Position numbers and translations under genes: made by a program | In this document: one piece after another, positions 30,392 to 41,743 of the stretch | Numbering within the stretch: position 1 is the first letter of the stretch | How the letters are laid out: each line of letters opens with the position of its first letter | Assembly (NCBI GenBank): GCA_019244185.1 | Contig: JAFATB010000022.1 | Coordinates: 415,978 to 479,977 of the forward strand | Source: Acidobacteriota bacterium | GTDB lineage: Bacteria; Acidobacteriota; Thermoanaerobaculia; Gp7-AA8 | Length of the DNA stretch: 64,000 nucleotides | Reading direction: 5' to 3' | Notes under the pieces: generated by a model | What the model saw: only the letters and a program-made list of their open reading frames with translations | What the model was told of the DNA's origin: nothing | Database searches by the model: none

Positions 30392-31153
30392 TCAACCGCC
30401 GAGCTTCGTCAGCACGAATGCCACCAGAAAGCCAACCACGCTGATGATCCCCGTGAAGTCGTGCGCGACCTCGAACGCCTCGGGGATCATCGTATCGGAC
30501 AGCATCGTCAGGATCGCGCCGGCCGCGGTCGCCGTCGTCGCCGCGATGACGTTCGCGCTCGCGTGGGCGAAGACGAGGTAGCCGAGGAGCGCGGCGAAGC
30601 CGCTGATGAGCGCGATGCCGCCCCAGACCGAGAAGACGTAGCGCGCGCTGCGATGCGCCGTGCGCATGCCGGCCGAGCTCGAGAGTCCTTCCGGAACGTT
30701 GGAGAGAAAAACCGCGACCACGGCGACGAGACTGACCTTTCCGCCGCCGAGGAGCGAGACGCCGATGACGATCGACTCGGGGATGCCGTCGAGGAGCGCG
30801 CCGACCGCGATGGCGAGCCCGCTGCCCGGATGGTCGCTCTCGGTCGGCTGCCGGTCGCCGGAACGCTTGCGGTGCTTCGCGCCGCGATGCACGCGCGTGA
30901 GCAGCAGGTTCGCCGCCGTGTAGACGATCGAGCCGCCGATGAACCCCGCGGCCGCGGAGACGAAGCCGCCGCGGTGATACGCCTCGTCCATCAGATCGAA
31001 CGCGAGCGCGGAGATCAGCACGCCCGCGCCGAAGGCCATGATCGCCGCGACGAGCCGCTGCGGCACCCGCGTGAAGTAGCCGACGCCGGCGCCGAGCAGC
31101 AACGCCGAGCCTGCGAGGAGACCCCAGAATCCGGCGACGAGGGATTGCGGCAT
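30392..31153 (-). CDS. ZIP-family metal transporter
   Basis: AFGAGVLI, LDGIPES, SNVPEG, MIPEAF; multiple TM helices. Confidence 0.9.
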   Translation of the reverse strand: MPQSLVAGFWGLLAGSALLLGAGVGYFTRVPQRLVAAIMAFGAGVLISALAFDLMDEAYHRGGFVSAAAGFIGGSIVYTAANLLLTRVHRGAKHRKRSGDRQPTESDHPGSGLAIAVGALLDGIPESIVIGVSLLGGGKVSLVAVVAVFLSNVPEGLSSSAGMRTAHRSARYVFSVWGGIALISGFAALLGYLVFAHASANVIAATTATAAGAILTMLSDTMIPEAFEVAHDFTGIISVVGFLVAFVLTKLGG

Positions 31154-31200
31154 CGTCGCGAGAGCATACCGCCTGCTACTCTCTCCCTCGGAGGGATTGA

Positions 31201-31965
31201 ATGACCGTTGCCGTCGTGGTGATCATCGTCGTTGCCGTCATCGCCGTCGTTGCGATCGCGTATGCCGCGAGCCGTGGCGGCGGAATCTCGCATGACGCGG
31301 GGATCCGCTTCACGTCGGTGGCGTCGTCGACGCCCGTGCTCGCGCTGACCGTGCCGAAGCCGGCCGATGTGGGGCAGTGGGGGAGCTACGTCGTCGTCAT
31401 CGCGGCGAGCGCGCCGGGAACGAACATCGCGCCGCCGATGGCACCGACCGGCTGGACGCTCGTGCGCTCGACCGTCGCCGCCGGCAACGGCTTCCGCGTC
31501 GACACCTTCACCGCACTCGGCAACGACGTCAGCAACGCCAGTCCGTTCCGCTTCTCGCTCAACGGCAGCGGGCCGGCCACGACCGGCGGCATCGCGCCGG
31601 TGATGGCGAGCGCGTCGATCGTCTGGATAAAAAACGGCGGCGACGTGCGCGGCAGCGCGGACAGTCCGTCGAGCCTCGCCGCGCCGGCGCTCCCGAGCGC
31701 GGAGACGAGCTATCTGCTGCGCGTCTTCGGCGGACAGACGTTCGCGGCGATCTCGATTCCGACCGTTCCGGCGCCGGGGCCGCAGCATTGGGTGCTGACG
31801 AATCCGAAAGCGGGAGACGAACAGGACGGCCACACGCACGTCGTCGTGCTCGACACCGTGTCCGCGTCGCCGTCGAATCCGCCGCTCACCGCGACGCGGC
31901 CCGCGAGCGCGTCCGGCTCGACGGTCGCGCAATCGGTGCTCGTGCAGATCTTCGAGTACCTGTAG
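31201..31965 (+). CDS. Hypothetical membrane-anchored beta-rich surface protein
   Basis: SD GGAGG, N-terminal TM helix, S/T/P/A-rich with PTGWT motif. Confidence 0.65.
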   Translation: MTVAVVVIIVVAVIAVVAIAYAASRGGGISHDAGIRFTSVASSTPVLALTVPKPADVGQWGSYVVVIAASAPGTNIAPPMAPTGWTLVRSTVAAGNGFRVDTFTALGNDVSNASPFRFSLNGSGPATTGGIAPVMASASIVWIKNGGDVRGSADSPSSLAAPALPSAETSYLLRVFGGQTFAAISIPTVPAPGPQHWVLTNPKAGDEQDGHTHVVVLDTVSASPSNPPLTATRPASASGSTVAQSVLVQIFEYL

Positions 31966-31980
31966 CGCGCGCGACGCGCG

Positions 31981-34900
31981 TCACGCCGTCTGCCGCTGCA
32001 TCGTCTGGTGCATCACGCTGCCGATCGTCTCGAGGAGCGTCGAGACCTCGTACGGCTTGAGCAGGTAGGCGAGATGCGGCTTGTTCAGCAGCTCGTCGAG
32101 CTTCGAGCGATCGCCGTGGCCGGTCGAGAAGATGACGGGCAGCGTCGGATGCGTGACCGCGATGCGGTCGTAGACGGCCACGCCGTCCATGTCCGGCAGT
32201 CCGACGTCGAGCACGACGACGTCAGGCGTGCGCCGTGCGAGCGCCGCGATCGCGGCGGCGCCGCTCTCCGCGAGATCGACGATCATTCCCTCGCATTCGA
32301 GCAGCGCCGCGAGCCCGGTCGAGACGGCGCGGTCGTCTTCGACGAGCAGCACGCGCCGCGCGCCGGTCGCCGTCGGCGCGGCGTCGTTCTGGTCGTCGAC
32401 CAGCTCGAGCGCGGGACGCTCGGCCATCGGAATGAAGATGTGGAACGTCGTGCCGATGCCGACGGTGCTCTCCGCGAAGATGTCGCCGCCGTGCCGCTGC
32501 ACGACCTGGTGCGTCACCGAGAGGCCGAGTCCCGTGCCCGATTTCTTCGTGGTGAAGAGCGGCTCGAAGATGTGGCGCAGCGTCTCCGGCGGCATGCCGC
32601 TGCCGTTGTCGCTGACGATGAAGTGCACGAAGCGCTCGGGCTGATCGACAGCGAACGGCAGTCTCGCGCCCGGTTGCTCGCGGCACGCGGCGATGTTGAT
32701 CGCGCCGGAGCCGACCATCGCGTCGCGCGCGTTGAGAATGAGGTTCGTGAACATCTGCTGCAGCTGATTCGGATCGCCGTCGATGCGCAGCCCCGGCTCC
32801 GTGATCGCCACTTCGATCGAGCATGACGGCGGCAGCAGCGTGCGCGCCTCGACGCAGATGTTCTGCAGCCAGCCGTCGACTTCGAACGTGGTGCGCGCCG
32901 GCTCGGCGGGCTGTGAGAAGCGGAGGATGTCTTCGGTGATGCGGCGTCCGCGTTTGACGGCGCGGGCGATGTGCTCGAGCGAGACCTCGACGTTCTTGCC
33001 GCGGCGCACGAGCTCGACGAACGGCGCGATGCCCATGAGCACGTTGTTGAACTCGTGCGCGACGGTGGCGGCGAGGCGGCCGAGGCTCGAGACGCGGTTC
33101 GCCTGTTCGAGCTTCGCCTCGAGCTTCTGCCGCTCGCTGATGTCGGTGAAGCTGACGACGATGCCGACCGGCACGCCTTCATCGACGATCGGCGCGGCCG
33201 AGTATTCGACCGGCACCGCGGTGCCGTCGGGACGCCAGAAGACGTCGAGCGCGAGCTCGCAGATCTCGCCGGTGCGGCCGACGGCGAACATCGGGCTCTC
33301 CGCCGAACGCACGCCGGGCTTCTCGTACAGCAGCCCGTGCATGTCGGCGCCGAGGAGCTCGTCCTGCGAGCGTCCGACGAGGCGCGCCGCCGCGGCGTTG
33401 CACATCGTGCAGATGCCGTCGAGATCCGTCGTGATGATGCCTTCGACGGTCGATTCGAGCAGCAACTGCAGGTTGCGCGTGAGGTTCTGCCGCTCTTTCT
33501 CCGCGCGCAGCGTGTCGGTGACGTCGCGCGCGAAGCCGTAGATCGCGGTGGTGCGGCCGTTCTCGACTTTCGGGAACGACGTCAGCTCGACGGTCACCGG
33601 CCCGTTCTTGCCGAGGATCGGCAGCACGTCCGACACCGACTCGTGATCCTCGACGACTTTCCGGAACACGCCGCCGGAGTGGCCGCGGTGGTCGGGATGC
33701 ACGAGCTCGATGTAGCGGCGTCCGATCCATTCGCTGGCGGGAAAGCCGGTCACTTTCTCGAACGCCGCGTTGATCGACGTGAACGTGCCCTGCATCGAGA
33801 TCGTGAAGATGACTTCCGACGCGCCTTCGACGACGTCGCGGTAGCGTTCCTCGGAAGCCACGAGCGCGCGGCTGGCGCGCTCCCGCTCCATCGCTTCGGA
33901 CATGAGGTTCGCCAGAGACTCGATGAAGTGAACGTCCGACTCGCTGAAGCGCTTGTCGTGCCGCGACTGCGCGACGAGCACGCCGAAGATCGACGTGGGG
34001 CTCGACACCGGAACGGTGACGCCGCTGCGGATGCCCGCTTCGATGAAGAGCGGCGCGGTGCCGAAGTGCGCGGCGGTGTAGTCGTCGACGACGACTGGAT
34101 GGTTGTTCAGCAGCGAGACGCCCGACTGCGACCGCTCGTCGACCGGCACGACCGGATACGGCTCCGCCGCCCAGTGCGTGCCGGCGCGGTAGCGCAGCAC
34201 GCCCGACTCGACGTCGAGCTCGTAGTACATCGCATGCTCGACGCCGAGGCGCTCCTGGATGAGCGTGCACGCGCGGTCGAGCGTGGCCGTGCCAACGGAC
34301 TTCACGGCGAGCCGGCTGAGCTCCGCGATCGCGCTCTGCTGCAGCGCGCGTACGCGCAGCTCGCTTTCGACCGACTGCCGTTCGATCGCCTGCGCGAGCA
34401 CGGCCGCGATCGAGCGGAGGAAGTCGACGTCGGCGGTGGAGAAGACCCGCCGCGTACGCGAGTACGCGTTGAGCAGGCCCCACGTCTCCTGCTTGCCGGT
34501 GACGATCGGGATGCCGAGGCCGCTGACGACGCCGGTGCGCACGAAGCGCGGCGGAATCTCGAAGCGCGTCTCCGTCTGCAGGTCGTCGACGACGACGGGC
34601 GCGTCCTGCGAGATGACGAAGCTCGAGTACGCGGTGTTGTCGAGCATCTCGCCGGGTGTGAGCTCACCGTCCCATCCGTGGCCCGCGGCGTAGCGGAAGC
34701 CGCCGGCGGTTTTCTCGATGATGCTGGAGAACTCGACGCCGAGGACGCGCGTGGCCGTCTCCGCGGCCTCGGCGAGCAGCGCATCGATCGAGTCGCCGCG
34801 CAGTCCGATCGCGCCGAGGTCCGCAACGGCCGCGTGCTGCATCGCGCGGCGCTGCAGCTCTTCCTGATGCATGCGCAGCTCGGTGACGTCCTGCAGCACG

Positions 34901-36336
34901 CCGATGACTTTCACCGGCTTGCCGGCGTCGTTGTTGATGACGCGGCCGCGGCCCTGCACCCAGCGCACTTCGCCGTCGGGCATGAGCAGGCGCGCCGTGT
35001 CGTCGAACGGACCGCCCTTCTCCGCCATCTCGAACCGGCGCGCCTGCACGGCCGGCAGATCGTCGGGGTGATAGCGCGACTCGATCAGCGCGACGTCGGG
35101 CTGTTTCCGCGGCTCGAAGCCGAAGATGCGATAGAACTCGTCCGACCACGCGCGGCGGCCGGTCTCGAGGTCGAGCTCCCAGCTGCCCATGCGCGCGATG
35201 CGTTGCGCGTCGGCGAGCAGCTCGCGGCTCGAGCGCAGCTCTTCCTCGGCGCGCCGGCGTTCGGTGATGTCGTGCGACACAGCGACGACGCCGGCGAGGT
35301 TGCCCGCGGCATCGTGCAGCGCGCCGCCGAGCACCCACGCGGGGAAGAGCGTGCCGTTGCGCCGCTGCAGCGTGAGCTCGCCCGACCAGTGCCCGCCGGC
35401 GATGAGACGGCGCAGGATGTTCGTGCCGTCCTCGCGCGTCTGCGGAGGAATCATCTCCAGCAGCAGCCGGCCCATCACGCGCTCGGCGCGCCAGCCGTAC
35501 AGCTCTTCGGCGAATCGGTTCCAGTAGATGATGCGGCCGGTCTTGTCGGCGGCGACGACCGCTTCCTGCACGGAGTCGAGCAGGCGCGCCTGCATCGACA
35601 GCTGTTCCTGCGTCTGTTTGCGCGCGGTGATGTCTTCGATGAGCCAGACGATCTGTTCGATGTCGCCGTTGTCGCTGGCGATCGCGGAGACGGTGACGCT
35701 GCCCCAGACGATCGCGCCGTCGCGGCGGAGGAAGCGCGCCTCGTACGTGGTGGCGTCGCCGGGGCGGCGGTCGAGCGCGAAGTCGGCGAGGTGGCGGCCG
35801 ACGATGGCCTCGCGCGGATAGCCGAGCGTCGTCACCACGCGGTCGTTGATCTTGAGGAAGCGGCCGTCGGGCGTGCTGACGGCGACGCCGATCGGCGCGT
35901 GCTCGAAGATGCGACGGTAGCGTTCCTCGGAACGGCGGAACGCGTCGAACAGACTGCTGCGCTCCGCGCGCAGCTGCTGGTCGCGCAGCTCGCGCTCGAT
36001 CGCCGGACCGAGCCGGCCGAGGCGATCCTTCATCACGTAGTCGTTCGCGCCGGCGCGGATGATGTCCACCGCGCGCTCCTCGCCGACCATGCCGGAGACG
36101 ATGATGAACGGCACGCGCGCGTCGACGGCGCGCACCATCGCCAGCGCCTCGCCGCCGCCGAAGCCCGGGAGGTTGTAGTCGCACAGAATCAGCGACCACG
36201 GTCCTTCATCGAGCGCCTCGGCGAGTGCCGCGCGCGTATCGACGCGCCGCGGCTCGAAGTCGAGGCCGAAACGCCGCAGTTCCGCGGTGACCAGCTCCGC
36301 GTCGTACGGGTTGTCCTCGATCATCAACAGCTTCAT
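31981..36336 (-). CDS. Large hybrid sensor kinase: REC, three PAS, two GAF, two PAS, HisKA-HATPase, REC
   Basis: N-terminal IEDN..CDY..MK; PAS ends EDITARK, HDITERR, DVTELR; AHEFNN, NARDAM, GTGLGL; C-terminal REC. Confidence 0.92.
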   Translation of the reverse strand: MKLLMIEDNPYDAELVTAELRRFGLDFEPRRVDTRAALAEALDEGPWSLILCDYNLPGFGGGEALAMVRAVDARVPFIIVSGMVGEERAVDIIRAGANDYVMKDRLGRLGPAIERELRDQQLRAERSSLFDAFRRSEERYRRIFEHAPIGVAVSTPDGRFLKINDRVVTTLGYPREAIVGRHLADFALDRRPGDATTYEARFLRRDGAIVWGSVTVSAIASDNGDIEQIVWLIEDITARKQTQEQLSMQARLLDSVQEAVVAADKTGRIIYWNRFAEELYGWRAERVMGRLLLEMIPPQTREDGTNILRRLIAGGHWSGELTLQRRNGTLFPAWVLGGALHDAAGNLAGVVAVSHDITERRRAEEELRSSRELLADAQRIARMGSWELDLETGRRAWSDEFYRIFGFEPRKQPDVALIESRYHPDDLPAVQARRFEMAEKGGPFDDTARLLMPDGEVRWVQGRGRVINNDAGKPVKVIGVLQDVTELRMHQEELQRRAMQHAAVADLGAIGLRGDSIDALLAEAAETATRVLGVEFSSIIEKTAGGFRYAAGHGWDGELTPGEMLDNTAYSSFVISQDAPVVVDDLQTETRFEIPPRFVRTGVVSGLGIPIVTGKQETWGLLNAYSRTRRVFSTADVDFLRSIAAVLAQAIERQSVESELRVRALQQSAIAELSRLAVKSVGTATLDRACTLIQERLGVEHAMYYELDVESGVLRYRAGTHWAAEPYPVVPVDERSQSGVSLLNNHPVVVDDYTAAHFGTAPLFIEAGIRSGVTVPVSSPTSIFGVLVAQSRHDKRFSESDVHFIESLANLMSEAMERERASRALVASEERYRDVVEGASEVIFTISMQGTFTSINAAFEKVTGFPASEWIGRRYIELVHPDHRGHSGGVFRKVVEDHESVSDVLPILGKNGPVTVELTSFPKVENGRTTAIYGFARDVTDTLRAEKERQNLTRNLQLLLESTVEGIITTDLDGICTMCNAAAARLVGRSQDELLGADMHGLLYEKPGVRSAESPMFAVGRTGEICELALDVFWRPDGTAVPVEYSAAPIVDEGVPVGIVVSFTDISERQKLEAKLEQANRVSSLGRLAATVAHEFNNVLMGIAPFVELVRRGKNVEVSLEHIARAVKRGRRITEDILRFSQPAEPARTTFEVDGWLQNICVEARTLLPPSCSIEVAITEPGLRIDGDPNQLQQMFTNLILNARDAMVGSGAINIAACREQPGARLPFAVDQPERFVHFIVSDNGSGMPPETLRHIFEPLFTTKKSGTGLGLSVTHQVVQRHGGDIFAESTVGIGTTFHIFIPMAERPALELVDDQNDAAPTATGARRVLLVEDDRAVSTGLAALLECEGMIVDLAESGAAAIAALARRTPDVVVLDVGLPDMDGVAVYDRIAVTHPTLPVIFSTGHGDRSKLDELLNKPHLAYLLKPYEVSTLLETIGSVMHQTMQRQTA

Positions 36337-37469
36337 GAGGTCTCGCTTCCGAGCGTGAAGAAGAACGTCGTGCCGCGGCCCGGCTCCGTCTCCACGCGCA
36401 CCGTGCCGCCGTGGCGGCGGACGATGCGCTGCACGATGGCGAGCCCGAGGCCGTGACCGTCGTACTGCGAAACGGGATTGAGGCGCTGGAACGGCGCGAA
36501 GACGGCCGTCGCGTACGCCGGGTCGAAGCCGATGCCGTTGTCGCGGACGAAGAGCTCCGCGCCGTCGCGGCCGACGATCACGTGCGCGTCTTCGCGCTTC
36601 GTGCTGAACTTCACGGCGTTGCCGATCAGGTTCTCGAGCGTGATGCGCAGGAGCTGCGGATCGGCGGAAACGCGCAGGTCCTTTTCAATGTCGATGCGGA
36701 TGGCGTGATCGCCGGAACGCGCGCGCACGTCGCCGACGACCGCGCGGGCGAGCACCGTGAAATCGAGGTCCTGCCTGCGCAGCGGACTGCGCGAGAGGCG
36801 CACCATGCCGAGGATGTCGTCGAGAAGGAGCGCCATGCGTCCGACGGCGGTGCGGATGCGCTGGATACTGCCGCGCGCGGGCTCGTCGAGCGTCGCCGCG
36901 TGATCGAGCTCGAGCTGCGTGCTGAAGCCGTCGATGGCGCGGAGCGGCGCGCGCAGATCGTGCGCGACCGAGTACGAGAAGGTCTCCGTCTCCTCGCGGA
37001 GCTCCGCCAGCTCGCGCGTGAGCCGTGCCACCTCGGAGTTCTGCCGCTCCAGCTCGTGCCACGCCGAGACGTCGCAGACGAACGAGACGTACTGCTGCGT
37101 GTCCGCGTCGGCGAGGACGGTCGTGACGTGCGTGACGACGAGCGTGCCGTCGGGACGCGTCCAGCGCTTCTCGTACGTCGCGCAGCGTCCCTCCTCGCGC
37201 AATTCGTCGTGCGCGCGCGCCTCGGCCACTCGCGACTCGCGCGCGGTCAGCGTTTCCCACTGCAGCGACGCGAGCAGCGTTTCGTCGATGCCGGCCAGCT
37301 CGAGGAACTTCGCGTTCGCGGAGGTGAGGGAGCCGCCGGCGGTCCACTGGACGACGCCGATGAGGTTCGATTCGGAGAGCGCGTGTAAGAGGCCGGCAGG
37401 TTCGCCGGGACCGGCAGAAAAGAGGGCGTGAGCCCCGAAGCCCTTCAGGGCAAGAGGAAGTGTGGTCAT
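36333..37469 (-). CDS. PAS-domain histidine kinase
   Basis: FSYSVAHDLRAPLR, NLIGNAVKF, DNGIG, GHGLGL; ATGA overlap with the downstream kinase. Start uncertain (37469 or 37553). Confidence 0.88.
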   Translation of the reverse strand: MTTLPLALKGFGAHALFSAGPGEPAGLLHALSESNLIGVVQWTAGGSLTSANAKFLELAGIDETLLASLQWETLTARESRVAEARAHDELREEGRCATYEKRWTRPDGTLVVTHVTTVLADADTQQYVSFVCDVSAWHELERQNSEVARLTRELAELREETETFSYSVAHDLRAPLRAIDGFSTQLELDHAATLDEPARGSIQRIRTAVGRMALLLDDILGMVRLSRSPLRRQDLDFTVLARAVVGDVRARSGDHAIRIDIEKDLRVSADPQLLRITLENLIGNAVKFSTKREDAHVIVGRDGAELFVRDNGIGFDPAYATAVFAPFQRLNPVSQYDGHGLGLAIVQRIVRRHGGTVRVETEPGRGTTFFFTLGSETS

Positions 37470-37563
37470 CGGCTTTCGAGGGACGCGGACGAGGGAAGTG
37501 GCTACCGTCCCACAAAATAAATACGTAGTGACGGCAATACCATCAGACGACAAGAAATTCGCA

Positions 37564-37581
37564 CGTAGGAGGGCTCCTACA
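37564..37581. promoter_or_regulatory. NarL/UvrY-type palindromic box
   Basis: Minus strand TGTAGG-AGCCCT-CCTACG overlapping the regulator stop; same layout as the GacA box TGTAAG-N6-CTTACA. Confidence 0.55.
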
Positions 37582-38203
37582 CCATCGAGTTACGAACCGC
37601 GTACGCCACGATGTCGGCGTTCGAATGGAAGCCGGTCTTCTCCAGAATGCGCGTGCGGTACGTGCTCACGGTCTTCACGCTGACGTGCAGCTGCCCCGCG
37701 ATTTCGGTGATCGACTGGCCCGTGGCGATCATGCGGAACACCTCGAACTCGCGCGGCGAGAGCAGCTCGTGCGGCGGCTTCTCGCTCGGCGACACGAGCT
37801 GCGTCGCCAGTTGCTCCGCGACCGCGGAACTGACCCACGTCCGTCCCGCGGCGACGCGTCCGATCGCCTCGAGCAAGTCTTCGAGACTGCTGTCTTTCTG
37901 CACGTATCCGCGCGCTCCCGCGCGCAGGCAGCGGATCGCGTACTGCTCCTCGGAATGCATGCTGAGCATGAGCACGGGCAGGCTCGGATACTCGCGGCGC
38001 AGCTCGGGCAGTAGATCGAGTCCGCTGCGATTGCGGAGCATGAGATCGAGCACGAGGATGTCGTAGCGGTCGCGCCGCAGCGCCTCGAACAGCTCTTCCG
38101 CCGTCTCCGCTTCGGCCGCGACGATCCAGTCCGGCTTGCGGGCGATGATGCCCTGCAAGCCTCTGCGCACGATCGAATGATCATCGGCCACGATGATCTT
38201 CAT
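37577..38203 (-). CDS. NarL/UvrY-family response regulator
   Basis: MKIIVADDH, VLD, LSMH, LSPREFEV, SVKTVSTYRTRILEK. Confidence 0.93.
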   Translation of the reverse strand: MKIIVADDHSIVRRGLQGIIARKPDWIVAAEAETAEELFEALRRDRYDILVLDLMLRNRSGLDLLPELRREYPSLPVLMLSMHSEEQYAIRCLRAGARGYVQKDSSLEDLLEAIGRVAAGRTWVSSAVAEQLATQLVSPSEKPPHELLSPREFEVFRMIATGQSITEIAGQLHVSVKTVSTYRTRILEKTGFHSNADIVAYAVRNSMV

Positions 38204-39728
38204 CCAAGATCTCCCCGCCGTCATCGGCCGCGAGCGGCAACTGCACGTGCACGCTCGTGCCCGCGCCGGGCGTGCCCTCGATCTTCACCTCTCCGCCGAA
38301 TGCGAAGGCGCGCTCGCGCAGACCGGTGAGACCGATGGACCGCCCGCTCTCGATTTCCTCACGCGTGATGCCGCGGCCATTGTCTCTGACTTCCGCGACG
38401 ATGTGCGAGTCCCTGCGATCGATCCTGATACCAACGTGCGTCGCCGCGGCGTGCCGCGCCACATTCGTCAGCGCTTCCTGAACGATGCGGTAGAGCGCCG
38501 TGGCGAGATCGGGGGAGACGGAGGTGTCGTCGAGGCCTTCGATGCGCAGCTCGGCGTCGATCCCGGTGCGCGTGGCGAAGGCCTCCACTTCCTGTTCGAC
38601 GGCGTGGCGGAAGCCGAAGTCGTCGAGCGTCGCGGGACGCAGCTGCGTGGCCACGGAGCGCACCGCGCCCATCGACGTCTGCACGAGCGCCGCGGCGGCG
38701 GCGAGCGTCTTCTTCGCCGCGTCGACGTCGCCCGCGCCGAGGAGCTCGGCGGTGTGCGCGAGCTCGAAGTGGATCGCGGTGAGGCGTTGTCCGAGCTCGT
38801 CGTGCAGCTCGCGCGCGATGCGGCGCCGTTCGCTCTCCTGCACGCCGCTGAGATGCGCGGCGAGCCGGCGCAGCTCCTCGCGCGACGCGCGCAACTCTTC
38901 GAGCGCGCGGCTGCGATCGGTGATGTCGAAGGCGACGCCGATGGCGCCGGAGATCGTGCCGTTGCCGTCGCGCAGCGGCTCCACGCGATTCGCGAAGACG
39001 GTGTCGTGGAAGACGAGCTCGTAGTTGCCCGACTCGCCGGCGAGCGCCGCGCGCACGGCGTTCATCGGCTCGGAGTCGGGTGCGAAACCGAGCGCGGAGA
39101 GCGGATGGCCGACGCCGCGTGGCATGTTCGGATCGCCGCCGCGGCTCGAGGTGAGGACGAGACGCTCGTCGACCGTCCAGACGATCGCCGGGATCTGCTC
39201 GAAGAGGAGGCGCAGCGTGCGCTCGCGATCGTCGAGCCGCTCTTCCGCGCGCCGCCGCGCGAGCGCCGCGCCGAAGATCGTGACGAGCGCCTGCGCCGGC
39301 GCGTGCGCGGTGCGCGCGATCGAGCCGCGCTTGCGGTAGGTGACGACGAGCCACGCGTCGCTGCCGACCGTCACCGGCGCGGCGAGCGCGGAGTGGAACT
39401 GCTGCGCGGCGAGCTCGGGATCGGCGTCGAAATCAGCGGCGCCGAGGCGGCGCGAGACGAGCGCGTTCTTCGCCAGCGCGTCGGCGTAGAGCGAGCCGTT
39501 CGTACGCGGGAGACGCGTGCGGCGCGAGCGCGTGAAGCCGGAGCGTCGGACGACGTCGAGCTCGTTGCCGCCGCGCGGCGCTACGAGCAGCGCGCACGCG
39601 TCGCCGCCGACGATCTCCGTGACGGCCTCGAGCAGAGCTCTGCCCAGCGCAGGGATACTGCGCTCCCGCACGGCGCGCTGGGCGAACGCGGCGATTGCGG
39701 CATAGTGACCTGCAGGCGGGTCGTTCAC
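38181..39728 (-). CDS. GAF-PAS HisKA_3 (NarX-like) sensor kinase
   Basis: ERRRIARELHDELGQ, QEALTNVARHA, DNGRG, GLTGLRER. Confidence 0.9.
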   Translation of the reverse strand: MNDPPAGHYAAIAAFAQRAVRERSIPALGRALLEAVTEIVGGDACALLVAPRGGNELDVVRRSGFTRSRRTRLPRTNGSLYADALAKNALVSRRLGAADFDADPELAAQQFHSALAAPVTVGSDAWLVVTYRKRGSIARTAHAPAQALVTIFGAALARRRAEERLDDRERTLRLLFEQIPAIVWTVDERLVLTSSRGGDPNMPRGVGHPLSALGFAPDSEPMNAVRAALAGESGNYELVFHDTVFANRVEPLRDGNGTISGAIGVAFDITDRSRALEELRASREELRRLAAHLSGVQESERRRIARELHDELGQRLTAIHFELAHTAELLGAGDVDAAKKTLAAAAALVQTSMGAVRSVATQLRPATLDDFGFRHAVEQEVEAFATRTGIDAELRIEGLDDTSVSPDLATALYRIVQEALTNVARHAAATHVGIRIDRRDSHIVAEVRDNGRGITREEIESGRSIGLTGLRERAFAFGGEVKIEGTPGAGTSVHVQLPLAADDGGEILDEDHRGR

Positions 39729-39790
39729 GACGGGTGCGACGGCGGCACGGCCCTTCCCGTTCCGCCATCACACCCATATGGTATTCCTTC

Positions 39791-40489
39791 TCAAACTCCC
39801 GCGACACCCTCCTTGACCACGGCGGCGGCCATGAGCCGCAGGAGATGACGCCCGTCCGCATCCATCTGTTCATAGGTGGAGCAGAGCCGCGCGATTTCCC
39901 CGGTGTCGACGCTCGCCGGCAGCACGAATCCGTTGAGCGGCTGCGTCGCATCGCGCGTCCACTGCTTCTCCCAGCGGCCGTCGCGGAAGCGGCAGCGCAG
40001 GAACGCGCTCAGCGAAGGCGTCGCGCTCGGCGCAGCGGCGCGCGCATCGCGCAAAGGCGCGTTCGCGTGCGGCGTCGTCTCCTCGTCCGTCCAGCCGCGC
40101 AGGTTCGCCACCCAGCGCCGCAGATCGCGGTTGCGGATCGTGCCGAGCACGCGGTCGAGCACCTCGTGCGCGTCGGCGGTGAGATCGACGAAACGCAGCC
40201 GCGACTCGAAGAGCGTTCCGCCGTCGGCGGTCAGCGCCGCCACGCGCGAGGCGAGCACTTCCGCGGTCGCGGCGAAACGCTCGCCGCGCCATTCGAAGCT
40301 GACGCGCACGCGCGTGCCGCGGCCCGCGGGCGTCGAGTGGCGGACGCGCATGCCGTGCAGGCTGAGATCGACCAGCGAGCCTTCGCCGCGGCCGATGCGC
40401 GCGGGCACGGCGCTGGTGAGACGCAGCCGCGGCTCGCGGCGGCGATCGGCCGGGTTTTCGGGGAGGGCATCGATTTCGAGAGCGCTCAT
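39791..40489 (-). CDS. PilZ-domain c-di-GMP receptor with C-terminal extension
   Basis: RREPR (RxxxR) and DLSLHG (DxSxxG); SD AAGGA. Confidence 0.85.
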   Translation of the reverse strand: MSALEIDALPENPADRRREPRLRLTSAVPARIGRGEGSLVDLSLHGMRVRHSTPAGRGTRVRVSFEWRGERFAATAEVLASRVAALTADGGTLFESRLRFVDLTADAHEVLDRVLGTIRNRDLRRWVANLRGWTDEETTPHANAPLRDARAAAPSATPSLSAFLRCRFRDGRWEKQWTRDATQPLNGFVLPASVDTGEIARLCSTYEQMDADGRHLLRLMAAAVVKEGVAGV

Positions 40490-40522
40490 GGGCTTGTTCC
40501 TTCTTCGTTTCGTTCGGAAGCG

Positions 40523-41739
<1,217 letters not shown>

Positions 41740-41743
<4 letters not shown>

